Below, one piece after another: positions 13,234 through 29,500 of a stretch of 64,000 nt of DNA (position 1 is the stretch's first letter; each line of letters starts with the position of its first letter). Position numbers and translations under genes: made by a program. The notes beneath the pieces are model-generated. The model was not told where the DNA came from and searched no databases. It saw nothing but the letters and a program-made list of their open reading frames with translations. Origin of the DNA: Octopus vulgaris (Eukaryota); NCBI GenBank assembly GCA_951406725.2, contig OX597826.1, positions 63,364,001 through 63,428,000 of the forward strand. Direction: 5' to 3'.

Positions 13234-14260
13234 CTCTTGTGAAAATTACCACATCAGCTTTAACAGTCAAGAAAGGCCTTGCAAATGTTACGGGCGCTAT
13301 CTTGTTTTTTCAGACTTTTTTTTTTTTTTTGCTTTAGGACTATTCGAAATCTTAGGCGCAAGTGTGGCTGTGCGGTAAGAAGCTTGCTTCTCAATCACAT
13401 GGTTTCGGGTTCAGTTCCACTGTATGGCACTTTAGACAAGTGCCTTCGGCTTTAGCCGTGTGTGTGTGTGTGTGTGTGTGTGTGCGTCTATGCGTGTGTT
13501 TTTGTGTGTGTTTATCCCCTCATCACTGCTTGACAACTGGTGTTGTGTTTACGTCCCCGTAACTTAGCAGTTCGGCAAGAGAGGCCGATAGAATAAATAC
13601 TTGGCTTTAAAATATAATTCCTGATGTCGATTTATTCCGCAGTTAAATGACTGAAATAGGTAAAATATTCTTTTCTACTGTAGGTACAAAGCTTAAAATT
13701 TGGAGGGAGGGGCCAGTCGATTAGATCGACCCCAATACGCAACTACTACTTAATTTATCGACCCCCGAAAGGATGAAAGGCAAAGTCGACCTCGGCGGAA
13801 TTTGAACTCAGTTCTTAGACAGACGAAATACCTATTTCTTTACTACCCAGAAGGGGCTAAACACAGAGAGGACAAACAAGGACAGACAAACGGATTAAGT
13901 CGATTATGTCGACCCAGTGCGTAACTGGTACTTAATTAATCGATCCCGTAATACCTATTTCTTTACTACCCAGAAGAGGACAAACAAGGACAGACAAACG
14001 GATTAAGTCGATTATGTCGACCCAGTGCGTAACTGGTACTTAATTTATCGACCCCGAAAGGATGAAAGGCAAAGTCGATCTCGGCGGAATTTGAACTCAG
14101 AACGTAGCGGCAGACGAAATACCCCTGAAAGCATTCCGCCCGGCGTGCTAACGTTTCTGCCAGCTCGTCGCCAATTTGGAAGATAAAATATTAAAAGATT
14201 TAAAAGGTTTACATAGGAAAAGTTTTGGATGTAGCGCTCACGAGTTTATATTTCGATTAC

Positions 14261-14405
14261 CTGCACATAGCTTCGATGTGTTCTGTAGTCAAGTTGGATG
14301 TCAGGATATTTTGAGTAATATTAGTTTGAGTAAGACAAGTGAAATATTTCCTCATGGCTTCTTCAACACACCCAAAGCTTAAAGGTATCCACAGCAAAAT
14401 ACTCA
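14261..14405 (-). CDS. Coding exon 2 (VSILLWIPLSFG-CVEEAMRKYFTC...HIEAMC)
   Basis: Acceptor tttccatttcag, donor AG|GTAATC. 145 nt, phase 1 to 2, open frame. Overlaps track ORF 14257..14439. Confidence 0.9.
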
Positions 14406-14513
14406 CTGAAATGGAAACGATAAGATGGTTAATCGACATTTTTTTTTTTTTGTTTTTTTGTATTTTTAATGAATGTGTGACTGTTCAAATGTTACAAAAC
14501 TGTACTGAATCCT

Positions 14514-14955
14514 CTTCTCCCTGACAAGTTTTTGGGGTTTTTTTTTTATTATTGCTGTTGTGTTGCCGTTGCAGTTTTTGTGGCTATTGTTAAGCCTCAG
14601 TATAGGCACCTTATCGAGTAGATCTATGTTTGAAATCAGTCAAATTTTGACTATCCTGTCCTTCTATGTATGCACCGGAAAGCGGCGAACTTGTAGAACC
14701 GTTAGTGCGTTAGACAAAATGCTTTGCAGCATTTCTTCTCCCTGACAAGTTTTTGGGGTTTTTTATTATTGCTGTTGTGCTGCCGTTGCAGTTTTTGTGG
14801 CTATTGTTAAGCCTCAGTATAGGCACCTTATCGAGTAGATCTGTGTTTGAAATCAGTCAAATTTTGGCTATCCTGTCCTTCTATGTATGCACCGGAAAGC
14901 GGCGGACTTGTAGAACCGTTAGTGCGTTAGACAAAATGCTTAGCAGCATTTCTTC
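14514..14955. repeat. Tandem duplication of ~220 bp
   Basis: cttctccctgacaagttttt...ttagacaaaatgctt.gcagcatttctt occurs twice, near-identical. Confidence 0.9.
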
Positions 14956-16855
14956 TTGTTCTTTACGTTCTGAGTTCGAATTCTACCAAAGTCTATTTTG
15001 CCCTTCGTCCTTTCGAGGGTCAGTAAAATAAAGTACCTGTTGAGTACTGCTGTCAGTGCAATCGAATCCCTCTCCTCTCAGACTGCTGGCCTTGAGCCAA
15101 AGTTATAAAGAATTATTTTTGTGTACATGTTTTAGTAGTTGTTCAATCTTTTAACCTCAAAATAAGCGCCTAATTGAATATATCTACTTTTAAAAAAAAT
15201 CAAGCCTTGATCGTCCTATCTTACTATGAATCTCTAGACTACAATATCCAATTTATTCATATTTTAAAGACGGTAATTTAGGATTTGAAGGAATTTCTAC
15301 TGGGCTGAACGATCTGGCAGTGTTTCTACAGCTGGATGCCCTTCCTAACGCCAACCACTCCGTGAGTGTAGTGGGTGCATTTTACGTGCTACCGGCACGG
15401 AAGCCAGTCAAGGCGGCGCTGGCTATATATATATACATATATAAGTATGTATGTATGTATGTATGTATGTATGTATGTATGTATGTATGTATGTATGTAT
15501 GTATGTATGTATGTATGATGTATGTATGTATGTATGTATGTATGTATGTATGTATGTATGTATGTCAGTATGTATGTATGTATGTATGTATGTATGTATG
15601 TACGTATGTATGTATGCATGTCAGTATGTATGTATGTATGTATGTATGTATGTATGTATGTATGTATGTATGTCAGTTTGTTAAAGAGTAAACACTCACC
15701 AGGGAAGCTACTTTGTTTTGTTTGTATAGATTTTTTTTTCCTGGAGGTTGATCAGATGGTTTGATTTTAAATTGTTGTTGTTGCTGTTGTTGCTGTAGTC
15801 GCTGTTGTTGTTTTAGTTACTTCTTTTTCTGACTTAGATACTGAATGATAGAAGCTATAACATTCCATGTTTTCCGAGACGAGTAGAAAGCAGTGACATT
15901 GTTCCATTGTTCTAAACTCGGAAACTTATCAGAATACTAACAAAAGAATGGACTCTGCTAAGGGTGCCCAATGACCATGTGGTGTCGTTAAACCGAGCGA
16001 TGGGATATGTCTACCATCCCGGAACATAAATGCTCCTTCCGATAGCTTTCGCGGTTTTCTGTATGTCATGTTTCATTTGTGAAAGCATTCGGACTAGTAA
16101 AGCTGTTGCACTCAAGATCGCAAGACCGTGGTTTCGATTCCAGGACTGGGCGTTGCATTTCACGCTGGTCCGGTCCACTCAGCGATGAGTAACTCGTAAC
16201 GGACTGGAATCCCGTTCTACGGAACTGCTGTTGTCTAGGTCACTTAGATGCCATGGAAACCGAAAAAGCGGCTCTAAGAATCCTAGAACACAAGAGAGTA
16301 CTTACGTTTTGTTTACGAAGCTTTGGATACCTATTTCTTTATTACCCACAAGGGGCTAAACATAGAGGGGACAAACAAGGACAGACATAGGTATTAAGTC
16401 GATTACATCGACCCCAGTGCGTAACTGGTGCTTAATTGATCGACCCCAAAAGGATGAAAGGCAAAGTCGACCTCGGCGGAATTGGAGCTCAGAACGTAAC
16501 GGCAGACGAAATACCGCAAAGCATTTCGCCCGGCGTGCTAACGCTTTTCCCAGCTCGCCGCCTTGGATACCGCGCATTCAGACATATGCCACGCAATAGA
16601 GAAATAAGCTTTTTAACTTCAAAGCCATGTCTTGCCCATAAACAGGGTGGAAGTATTGGACAGTTGAGATGTAGAACAAATATTTACAATGAAAAGATTT
16701 TTGGTGTTTCGTGTATGCTTATTTTTAAGTCTGATGAACATTCTAGAGAGACGTCACTAAAATGACCTTATCCAGAAGAGAAAACTACGGTGACTTTGAA
16801 ATCCGGATGTAGATCCTGCATTTTATGTTCAAATGACAATTGAAGGGATTAGTAA

Positions 16856-17312
16856 AGTTAGTTAGTTAGTTAGTTAATTTTTTGGCTCAAAAAGCAAAAA
16901 GCAAGGCCATGTAGGGGGACATGGAGTTATATACAGGGTGGTGTTCATGTAAAGAGTTCAGGCCACTTGTGGTCAAGGAAGACTTTGAACCGAGCGGTCG
17001 TCGGCATCTTCACTATCTCGTCCGGCAGCTTATTCCACGGATCCGCAACCCGGACGGAGAAAGCCCCTCTCCTTCGATTGAGATGAAATCGTCGCAGATA
17101 GAGCTTTTCGGAGTGACCCCGCAGCCGACGCTCTGGAGCAGGAGTGAAGAACAGCTCTTTCGAGAGTTTACACTTTCTGCTTATGATGTTGTGAGCAAGA
17201 ATGAGATCAGCACGGCGTCGTCGTTTTACTAGAGAATAAAGGTCGAGCGTCTTCAGCCTTTCTTCATAAGACAAATTCTTGAGACCAAGAACCATGCGGG
17301 TAGCCAGCTTCT
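16856..17312 (-). mobile_element. CR1-type LINE 3' fragment
   Basis: LSYEERLKTLDLYSL.KRR.RADLI...RGHSEKL...RR.AFSVRV...WNKLP followed by a (TAAC)n tail. Confidence 0.9.
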
Positions 17313-18041
17313 GGAAATACTAGAGGAGAGCAATATTTGCAGTAACACACACGCACATGCATATACACACACACAAACGCACACGCATAGATGTGTGCGA
17401 AAATATATATCTACTATAAGGTCCAGTCTTTGTTGCAACGTGGTGGTCTATGTGCTTCAAAGATCTTGAGAGCTATGCCAGCAGAGGGCAAGCTCCAGGC
17501 AGGACCTCCTATGCTGAACAGTACAAAAGATAAAGGTCAAAATAATATGGGTTACATCTTCCCAGACGTAAAAACAGGTTTGCTTAGAGGCAATATTCCA
17601 ACAATGAAAAAAGCAAACTTAGAAAGACATCGATAACTATTCGAAATTAACAAGATCCGGGATAGGAAGGCCTTCCTTCAGAGAAGCATATAACGCAGCG
17701 GAACAAAATCTGAAACAAGGCTGCAAGGAAGAGCAGACCTCCATCAGGTGTGAAGCAGTTCAGAGTTGAGAAAAGTGGAGAAAAGCCTTTGATGGCCTAT
17801 GCTGCCACAGCGAACGTTGGTGAAACTCAAGTTAGTGGAAATCTACTAGACACTGTTATTACCCTCGCTTGGTAAATCCGAATGTCCTTTCAAAGACTAC
17901 ATAGATTCCGGGGACTGAACCCGGAACCATGTGGTTGGTAAGGAAGCTACTTACCACACAGCCATTCCTGCGCCTATTATGCATACATACAAATATGTAT
18001 GCACATACATACATATTTATATGAATATACAATATATACAC

Positions 18042-18125
<84 letters not shown>

Positions 18126-18127
<2 letters not shown>

Positions 18128-18483
18128 AGTTATAAATAACGAGAAAAATATAGTATGATAAAATGTATTTAACCTTCAGAAATTCTTATACAACAACAAT
18201 TGTTTCGCAACTGAATAAAACATGCATAGTTAATTAACTTTATTATATTTTAATATAAACAACCGAAACATGGGTTTCCCCTAACCCAATGAGATAGCTT
18301 AATAGCTACATTGGTTTAAAGTCTGTTTATATTAATGCAAACATATAAGTAATTTACTTATTACAAAATAGAATAGAATAAATTATCTATCAATGTTTTA
18401 AGTTGCGAAACAATTGTTATATAAGAATTTCCAATAGTTAAATAAATTTTATCATATTATATTTCCCTATTATTTATAACTTT
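18126..18483. repeat. Imperfect ~100-bp-arm inverted repeat next to (GATA)n
   Basis: aaagttataaataa...aacaattgtttcgcaact is mirrored by agttgcgaaacaattgtt...ttatttataacttt. Confidence 0.8.
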
Positions 18484-19224
18484 ATACACACCTTGTGGTT
18501 TTTTCTTCTATCGTACTATATATTCTAAATGTTTTGTAGAATGATACATTAAAGAGCTTTTTTTTATTAGTTGAATCCATATATTGTGACTTAAATTTAT
18601 ATTCTTTTATTATTTTCTTTTATTCTTTTATTTGTTTCAGTCATTTGATTGCGGCTATGCTGGAGCACTGTCTTTTAGTCAAACAAATCGACCCCAGGAC
18701 TTATTCTTTGGAAGCCTTGTACTTATTCTATCGGTCCCTTTTGCCGAACCGCTAAGTTACAGGACGTAAACACACCAACATCAGTTGTCAAGCAATGCTA
18801 GGGGAACAAACACAGATACACAAATACATACATATATATGTAAGGCTTCTTTTAGTTTCCGTCTACCAAATCCACTCACAAGGCTTTGGTCGGCCCGATG
18901 CTATAGTAGAAGACACTTGCCCAAGGTACCACGCAGTGGGACTGAACCCAGAAACATGTGGTTGATAAGCAATCTACTTCCCACACAGCCACTCCTGCGC
19001 ATATATAAATGTATATAAAAGTAATCTTTCCAAGAATGGTTTCGAGGGATATGTAATCCTGGCCATAACCGTGTTAGTTCTTATGTCAGTTCTCAACGCC
19101 GGCTAGCCACAGCGAATGTTGGTGAAACTCAAGTTAGTGGAAATCTACTAGACACGGTTATTACCCTCGCTTGGTAAATCCGAATGTCCTTTCAAGGACT
19201 ACATAGATTCCGGGAAGAAAATAT

Positions 19225-19535
19225 TGAAATTAATGAAGATCAGGAGAATGGAGATTTGCACATCCAATTTTATTAGACACTTAATTACATCGTTCTTTGC
19301 ATAGAGCTACGCACGTTTCGTCTGCAAACCGTTGCACACTGCTAAGTGCGCATCTTGGTGTTAACACAAATAACGCCAAGATGCACCGATAATTAACACC
19401 AAGATGCACACTTAGTGCAGCGATTTGCAACTGAGACATGCGTAGGACTAAGCAAAGAATGATGTAATTAACTAATTAACTGTACAGTAAAATTAGATGT
19501 GCAAATCTCCATTCTACTGATTTTCATTAATTTCA
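19225..19535. repeat. Imperfect ~135-bp-arm inverted repeat
   Basis: tgaaattaatgaa...gagatttgcacatc...gcatcttggtgttaa is mirrored on the right. Confidence 0.85.
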
Positions 19536-22264
19536 TCATATATATATGTATGTCATCATCATCATCATCATCAACGTTTAACGTCCGTTCTCCATGCTAG
19601 CATGGGTTGGACGGTTCGACCGGGGATCTGGGAAGCCAGAAGGCTGCACTAGGCTCCAGTCTGATCTGGCAGTGTTTCTACAGCTGGATGTCCTTCCTAA
19701 CGCCAACCACTCCGTGAGTGTAGTGGGTGCATTTTACGTGCCACCGGCACGGAAGCCAGTCAAGGCGGCGCTGGCTATATATATATACATATATAAGTAT
19801 GTATGTATGTATGTATGTATTTATGTATGTACGTATGTATGTATTTACGTATGTACGTATGTATGTATGTATGTACGTATTATGTATGTATGTATGTATG
19901 TATGTATGTATGTATGTATGTATGTATGTATGTATGTATGTATACATTATATGTATTATATGTGGCGACGGAAGAAGGTAGTCAAGTGACCAATATCCAT
20001 TGTGTAGGACTTGCAAGTCTTAATATTCGCGAATCGGAGATCTGGGCTGAATGTTTGTAACAGGGTCGACTCCGCTAAAGGCAGCCAAGGGCCAGATGAT
20101 GATGTTAGAGCAGATAATGAATTAAATCTATTCCCTATGGAGAAATACACTCTACCACAGGGGTCCCAACCACCGAGCTACTAGCCAGTCCCGGGTTTTA
20201 GAATATCTGCTACCTGGCCGCGCAGGAGAAAATGAAATTTTAAAATTCATTTCTACTTTACTGACTACTGCAGTCTGTGGGGTTTCTTTTGCATTATATA
20301 TACAAGGGGTTCTCAACCATTTTTTTTTTTTTATCTATGGACCCTTTTGATTACTATTTTATTCTAGTGGACTCCTAGAACCATTCGATGTCCAAAAACT
20401 AGCTTTATAGAAACCTCTTTCAAAATTCCTTTTTTGTTTTTCACACATTAACTTGTGTAGGTTGAATTCTGTAAAACGTCAGACAGAAACCAAGCTGCTT
20501 CTTGTAATACATACCAATGCATACATCTAAAACAAAATTTTTTCAGGGGCCCTTAAAATACTATTGTAGATTCCCAATTTACTGTTTTGTTGCGTGAACC
20601 CCCAAAAATCTTATATGTTAGAATAATTTAAAAAATTTTATCATATTATATTTCTCTATTGTTTATAACTTTATACACTCCTTATGGTTTTCTCTTGTAT
20701 CGTACTATGCATTCTAAAATTTTGTAGAATGATACATTAAGGAGCTTTTTTTTTTTAGTTGAATCCCTACATTGTAAATTAAATTTATATTCTTTTATTC
20801 TTTTATTTGTTTCAGTCATTTGATTGCGGTCATGCTGGAGCACAGCCTTTAGTCGAACAAATCGACCCCAGGACTTATTCTTTGGAAGCCTCGTACTTAT
20901 TCTATCGGTCTCTTTTGCCTAACCGCTAAGTTACGGGGACGTAAACACACCAGCATCGGTTGTCAAGCAATGCTAGGGGGACAAACACAGATACACAAAT
21001 ACATACATACATATGTAAGGCTTCTTTCAGTTTCCATATTGACCCTGGGTGAGAATCACGGATATATGTATTATATATGCAAAAAATGTGAAGGTACATG
21101 GCCTTGTGAAGGCGCGTGGCTTAGTGGTTACGGCATTCGGCTCACGATTGTAAGGTCGTGAGTTCGATTCCCGGCGACGCGTTGCGTCCTTGAGCAAGAC
21201 ACTTTATTTCACGTTGCTCCAGTCCACTCAGCTGGCAAAAATGAGTTGTACCTATATTTCAAAGGGCCGGCCTCGTCACACTCTGTGTCACGCGGAATCT
21301 CCCTGAGAATTATGTTAGGAGTACACGTGTCTGTGGATCGCCCAGTCACTTGCACGTTAGTTTCCCGAGCAGGCTGTTCCGTTGATCGTATCAGCTGGGG
21401 CCCTCGTCGTCGTAACCGACGGAGTGCTTTCCCCACATGGCCTAGTGGTTAGGACATGCACTCACGATCGCTAGATTGTGGGTTCAGTTTCGAGACCGAG
21501 CAGCGTGTTGTGTTCTTAAACAAAGCACTTCATATCAAGCTACTCCAGTTCACTCAGCTGCAAATGGGTAACCCTGTGACAGAATAGTCTTCCGATCAGG
21601 GGCAATGTTAGCCTACTCGCTTAGCCAGCGGCGTGGCATCATTCAAAAGTTAAAACGACACAAAGCGCATTGTGACCAGCGATGTATAACAGCATCTGAT
21701 AGTCTGGTCGATCGCATGATATATGCAATATATGAGTATTTTATGTGTAATAATTGAGTTATATATTATGCACTTAATTGTTTTACTGGGCGCAGGACAC
21801 CCCGTTCCATAGAAATCTTATTTTGCATGAAACAGGTTCGTATTGCCATAATATTTGGGGACTTCTGCTCTGCCAGGGGGACTCCTATACAGTTACCGTT
21901 CACCCAATTTCACTCAGAAAGTTTAGGCCAACCGAAAGCAACGGTAGAAGTCACGTGCGTCACCTGTCCCAGAATGAGATCAAATCTGGAAGCACGTGAT
22001 TGTGGTCAAGTTGTTCCTGTTTTTAAGCCTCGGGTGTGTCCTGGTTTTTTGGGCTTTCGATCAAAGATAATCCACCCATGATCATCCTGTCTTTCTTGTT
22101 CAAACACAGTGTATCTAGGGGTACGTTATCCAATGTATTTTTTCCCTTTCTTAACACAATAAGGTGAGTTACAAGGGTGATTTACCAGCTATTTCTAGCA
22201 GGTTGAATTTCTGAATCATATCAATTAGTTGTTATCTATTTTTACGCAATATCGGCTAGTCAAT

Positions 22265-22620
22265 AGCTTACGAAGAAAACCGGGTGAATAGAGTTCCAGC
22301 ATGACCGTGCCAATAGCTCGCCAAGAATAGTGAGCAAATAGAGGACTAACATGACCGTGCCCGTAGCTTACCGAGAAGAAATTAGTGAGCAGAGTACTAA
22401 CATATCGAGTGAACAGAGTATTAACATGATCGTTTCAATAGCTTATCAAGATGAACTAGTAGTGAACAGAGTACCAACATATCGGGTGATTAGAGTACGA
22501 GCACGAGCATATCAATAGCATACCAAGAAGAACTGGTGAATCGTGTACCAACTGACTAGCGCACCAACGTATCTAACTGATTAGAGTACCAACATCACTG
22601 AATTATTAAAGTACCATATA
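22265..22620. repeat. Degenerate minisatellite (~50-bp and ~22-bp units)
   Basis: Recurrent gtgaacagagtaccaacatgaccgtgccaatagctta. Confidence 0.75.
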
Positions 22621-22856
22621 ACTGGCAGAGAGGCCGAAATTTCGTACCTTCGCACTGTTAACCAGCTTTGTGCGGAAATCAATCAACACTTAGAGAGTAA
22701 GTGTAACTAATATTTAATAGAGACACAAAGTAGTGCCCCATTTCATCGCTCTTTGTCTGGCGTAGTGTCATAGAACCTATAAGTAATTGGATTGTTTAAT
22801 CTTCAGTTTCGGATTAAATATCGTCTGCGGGAAAAACTACCTGCAACAGAACAGAG

Positions 22857-23290
22857 GGATCTTTTCGGTTTGAACGGCAGTTTTTTCTAGCGGTGTCATA
22901 TGAAATTGTCACCCATAATTATGACCCTAGTATCGATCTATTGCATTTCAATCTGTTTTAGGATTAAGGGTTAGTTAGAGTTAGGATTAGGGGCGGGGGG
23001 GAAGGGTATCTTTTTTTCTTCAGAAATGTAAATAAACCCAATCTGTTTCTTAAACGAAGGACATATTCATACGGCACAGAATGTTTTTACCTCAATACAC
23101 ATCATTGATTGGTTGAAATTGCAGAAATTAAAGAAAAAAAACACCAAATATCTTACAAACCATAGAATTTTCTCAATAAAGCCAAGAGAAAAAGATGTTT
23201 TATAAACACATTCTACCAGTATACGAAGTTTAAAATTTTTTAGTTACCTAGAAATTATGTTATAAACTGCCGTTCAAACCGAAAAGATCC
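22857..23290. mobile_element. MITE with 27-bp perfect TIRs and 8-bp TSD, internal TTAGGG-like tract
   Basis: GGATCTTTTCGGTTTGAACGGCAGTTT at both ends. TSD gaacagag/gaacagcg. Confidence 0.85.
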
Positions 23291-23357
23291 GAACAGCGTC
23301 CTATACAGGGAGAAATGTCTCTCATCCACTTATTTAATAAGCTTAATAAGGGAGTGG

Positions 23358-23540
23358 ATTAACCAAACCAGTTATTAAACAAGCTCATTTTGCTTCTTCC
23401 AGGTTTTGAAAGTGCAAAACCTTGAGTTTGATGTTATAACGAAAAAAAAAGGGCAGGTTGACCAAACCAGTTACTAAAAAAGCTCGTTTCGTTTCTTCCA
23501 GGTTTTGAAAGGGCAAAGCCTTCAGTTTTGATGCTATAAA
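23358..23540. repeat. Tandem duplication of ~100 bp
   Basis: accaaaccagtta...ttcttccaggttttgaaag...gatg.tataa occurs twice. Confidence 0.8.
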
Positions 23541-24706
23541 AAGAAGCAGGTGGCTACCTCACTTTTATAGAAATTGTTGCTATGTGAAACTTTGTTGAAC
23601 ACCTCTGATAGAATAACTTTTAGATACGAAACCTCCATTTTTTTTCTTCTAATCTTTCTAATGGCTAAAGTAATTATTTTGTTAACGTTTCCCTTTTAAC
23701 CTTTTGTAGATAAATGGAAAAGAAAACATGAGGGATGAAGCAATATCATTGCAAGGGGGCATAGTCTAGTCCTAAATGATACACATTAATGTATATCTCG
23801 CTAACCAACAACAACAAGCCCTCTGCTCTGAACACCTAGCTACCATCTTAACAATCTAGCAAAACAGTTCCCCAACTTCTCACAAATCCATTATTACCAT
23901 GCGCGCACACACACGCACATTTACACACAAATTCACATAGACATTTACACACACATTCACACACCACACTCACAAATCAATCTAGAAAGCAAAAATACAT
24001 TTGTAAACTTGTAAAAGCGCACATTGAACAAGTGCCATCAAGAAATAAATTCAAGATTCTTGCAATTCAAACGGGACCACTCACAACAACTTAGTCACTC
24101 TACAATGCTTACGTTTCGCAAAATAATTACAGATGCCTCTAAAAAAAAAACATATCCCAAAGCAACAAAAAAATGCGGTCCCAATTATACACAAAAAATC
24201 TGCTCCAACCTCACAAAAACAGGAGACATCAAAACAAGACACAAGTGAAATAAAACTCAGCATCAAACAAACGACAAGCAAAATAATGAATTAAAAAGCA
24301 AAGTAAACCATAGAAACACCAAAAAAACAAAAAAAACTGGCAAACTAAATTTCTAAGATAGTTTTTACCTTTTTTCTATCCGATTCAGCCACGCAGTCAC
24401 CCAATAAACATTCTTTTAAAGTATGAAAAATACATAAATACATATATAAACGTCAATGATAAATCTTTCAAACATTTGAATTGATAAAATATATTCCTTG
24501 CATCGTCTGTCGTCATTTTTTATGTTTTTTTATTTTTTAGGAGCAAATATTTAAAAAAAAATTCTACATATTAAACAAAATAAATTGAGAACTTTCTCTT
24601 AGTTTACTGCAATCGTTTTAAAGTTCTAAGCTCCGATAGAATGTATGAGTTGTTTTTAAATACGAAAAACAAAGTGAAGAAAAAGACTTCAAGACTTTCA
24701 CCTTAC

Positions 24707-24740
24707 CGACAAATACGTATCCAAATAAAAACTCCTTCAT
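24707..24740 (-). CDS. Coding exon 1 of Cys-rich GPI-anchored protein gene (MKEFLFGYVFV, start of signal peptide)
   Basis: ATG at 24740 in aggaaATGa context. 11 codons + 1 nt, then donor G|GTAAGG (phase 1). Joins exon 2 in frame to give a continuous hydrophobic signal peptide. A possible acceptor (tctttctctgccag) at ~24788 suggests a further UTR exon upstream. Confidence 0.75.
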
Positions 24741-25089
24741 TTCCTCTTCGTTGGTATTATTTGGATGAAATACAAAGAGCTTTCAGCTGGCAGAGAAAGA
24801 TACTAATTTTTTACTAATGAGGTGTTTTGTATGTCGCTGCCGTTCGTTAACTACGTATTCACTCGTAAACTCTGTTAGGCGTTTTATGCAACCAGAGTCC
24901 AGGTGTGGTCCAGTTAAACTAGCAGATCAGTAAAATCTGATTGGCTATTCCTGATTTCTTTTCCTTTCTTTTACACATAGATATATATATTACCGTCGCC
25001 TGTTACACATGTACAAATATGCACCATGCTCAATGTGCACGTATTCACACATACATCTTGAGACGTATACATGCATACATGTATATTAT

Positions 25090-28423
<3,334 letters not shown>

Positions 28424-28489
28424 TTTATATATCACCACTCGTGTTCGACATCTCCTTTTTTTAAATATATATATATATATATACATAAA

Positions 28490-29500
28490 TATACGAAGTG
28501 GTATCAAAAAGGTCCCCGACTAGTTATTTGGAGTGCCAACAGATCGCAGTACACGCACGCGTGCGCAGTGAGAGCTAACAGTGTGCCGAGTGTACCGAAT
28601 GACATCGCTATGTTTATTTCGCAATTTGTGGAATTTGTGTTTTTGCGATCACGTGTATGCGATTTTGTCTTGGACAGCAAGTTGGAACAAAGAGCCAACG
28701 TGAAATGTTTGCGTTTAAACTTGAGAAGTCTGCTACAGAGACATCGAGCGTGCTTCGGCAAGCTTAGAGCGACGAAGTAATGTCGTATTCAACGTTTCGA
28801 GTGGCACGGTTCCTTCAAAAGCAGAGGGACGTCCTTGAAAGACGATGAGCAATCTGGAAGATCTGCCACGAGCGTTACCCTTGGAAATATGAAGAAAATT
28901 CATCAGCTTGTGCATGAGAATCGTCGGAGGACAATCAACGATATTGCTGATGTTGTTGGTCAGTCGTATGGGTCCGTACAGGCCAATGCTAATGTCTGAA
29001 TTGAACATGCGGTGTGTCTCCGCCAAGTTTGTACCCCGCCTACTGACCTCTGATCGCGTCGAAGTCTGTCAACATCTCTGTCAGCTTGCCGCTGATGACT
29101 TAACCTTCATATTGAGGATCATCACCGGAAACGAGAGTTGGGTCTGTGGGTACGACCCTGAGACGAAGAGGGTAGTTGTCACTATAGGAGAACCCTTCAT
29201 TTTCACAACCGAAGAAGGTACGACATAGCCGCAACTCAATCAAGATCATGCTCATCGTTTTTCTCTTTTTTTTCTTTGATCCACGGTACTGTGCATCGAG
29301 AATTCGACACCCTAGGCCTCACCATCAATCGAGAGTTTTACTGCGACGTTTTGAAGCGTTTGAGGGAGGACATTCGGCGACAGCGACCGGATCTCAGGAG
29401 CACGGAGAATTGGATTCTTCACGACAACAATGCACCGTGTCTCCCAGCTCTCCTCACTCGGGAGTTTCTCGTCAAAAACAACATAGTATCTCTTCCGCTA
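28490..29500 (+). mobile_element. Decayed mariner transposon 1
   Basis: Frameshifted transposase: EQRANVK, HENRRRTINDIADVVG, VSAKFVPRLLT, RIITGNESWVCGYDPETK, TINREFYCDVLKRLREDIRRQRP, WILHDNNAP. Starts at TA-CGAAGTGGTATCAAAAAG, a TIR-like end. Confidence 0.9.

Noticed and set aside
17415-17810. Possible RTE-type LINE remnant (similar impressions at 10400-11000 and 34050-34450)
   Set aside because: No translatable diagnostic motif found, so too weak to call.
22265-22620. CRISPR-like array
   Set aside because: Degenerate minisatellite with no unique spacers, in a eukaryotic context with no cas genes.
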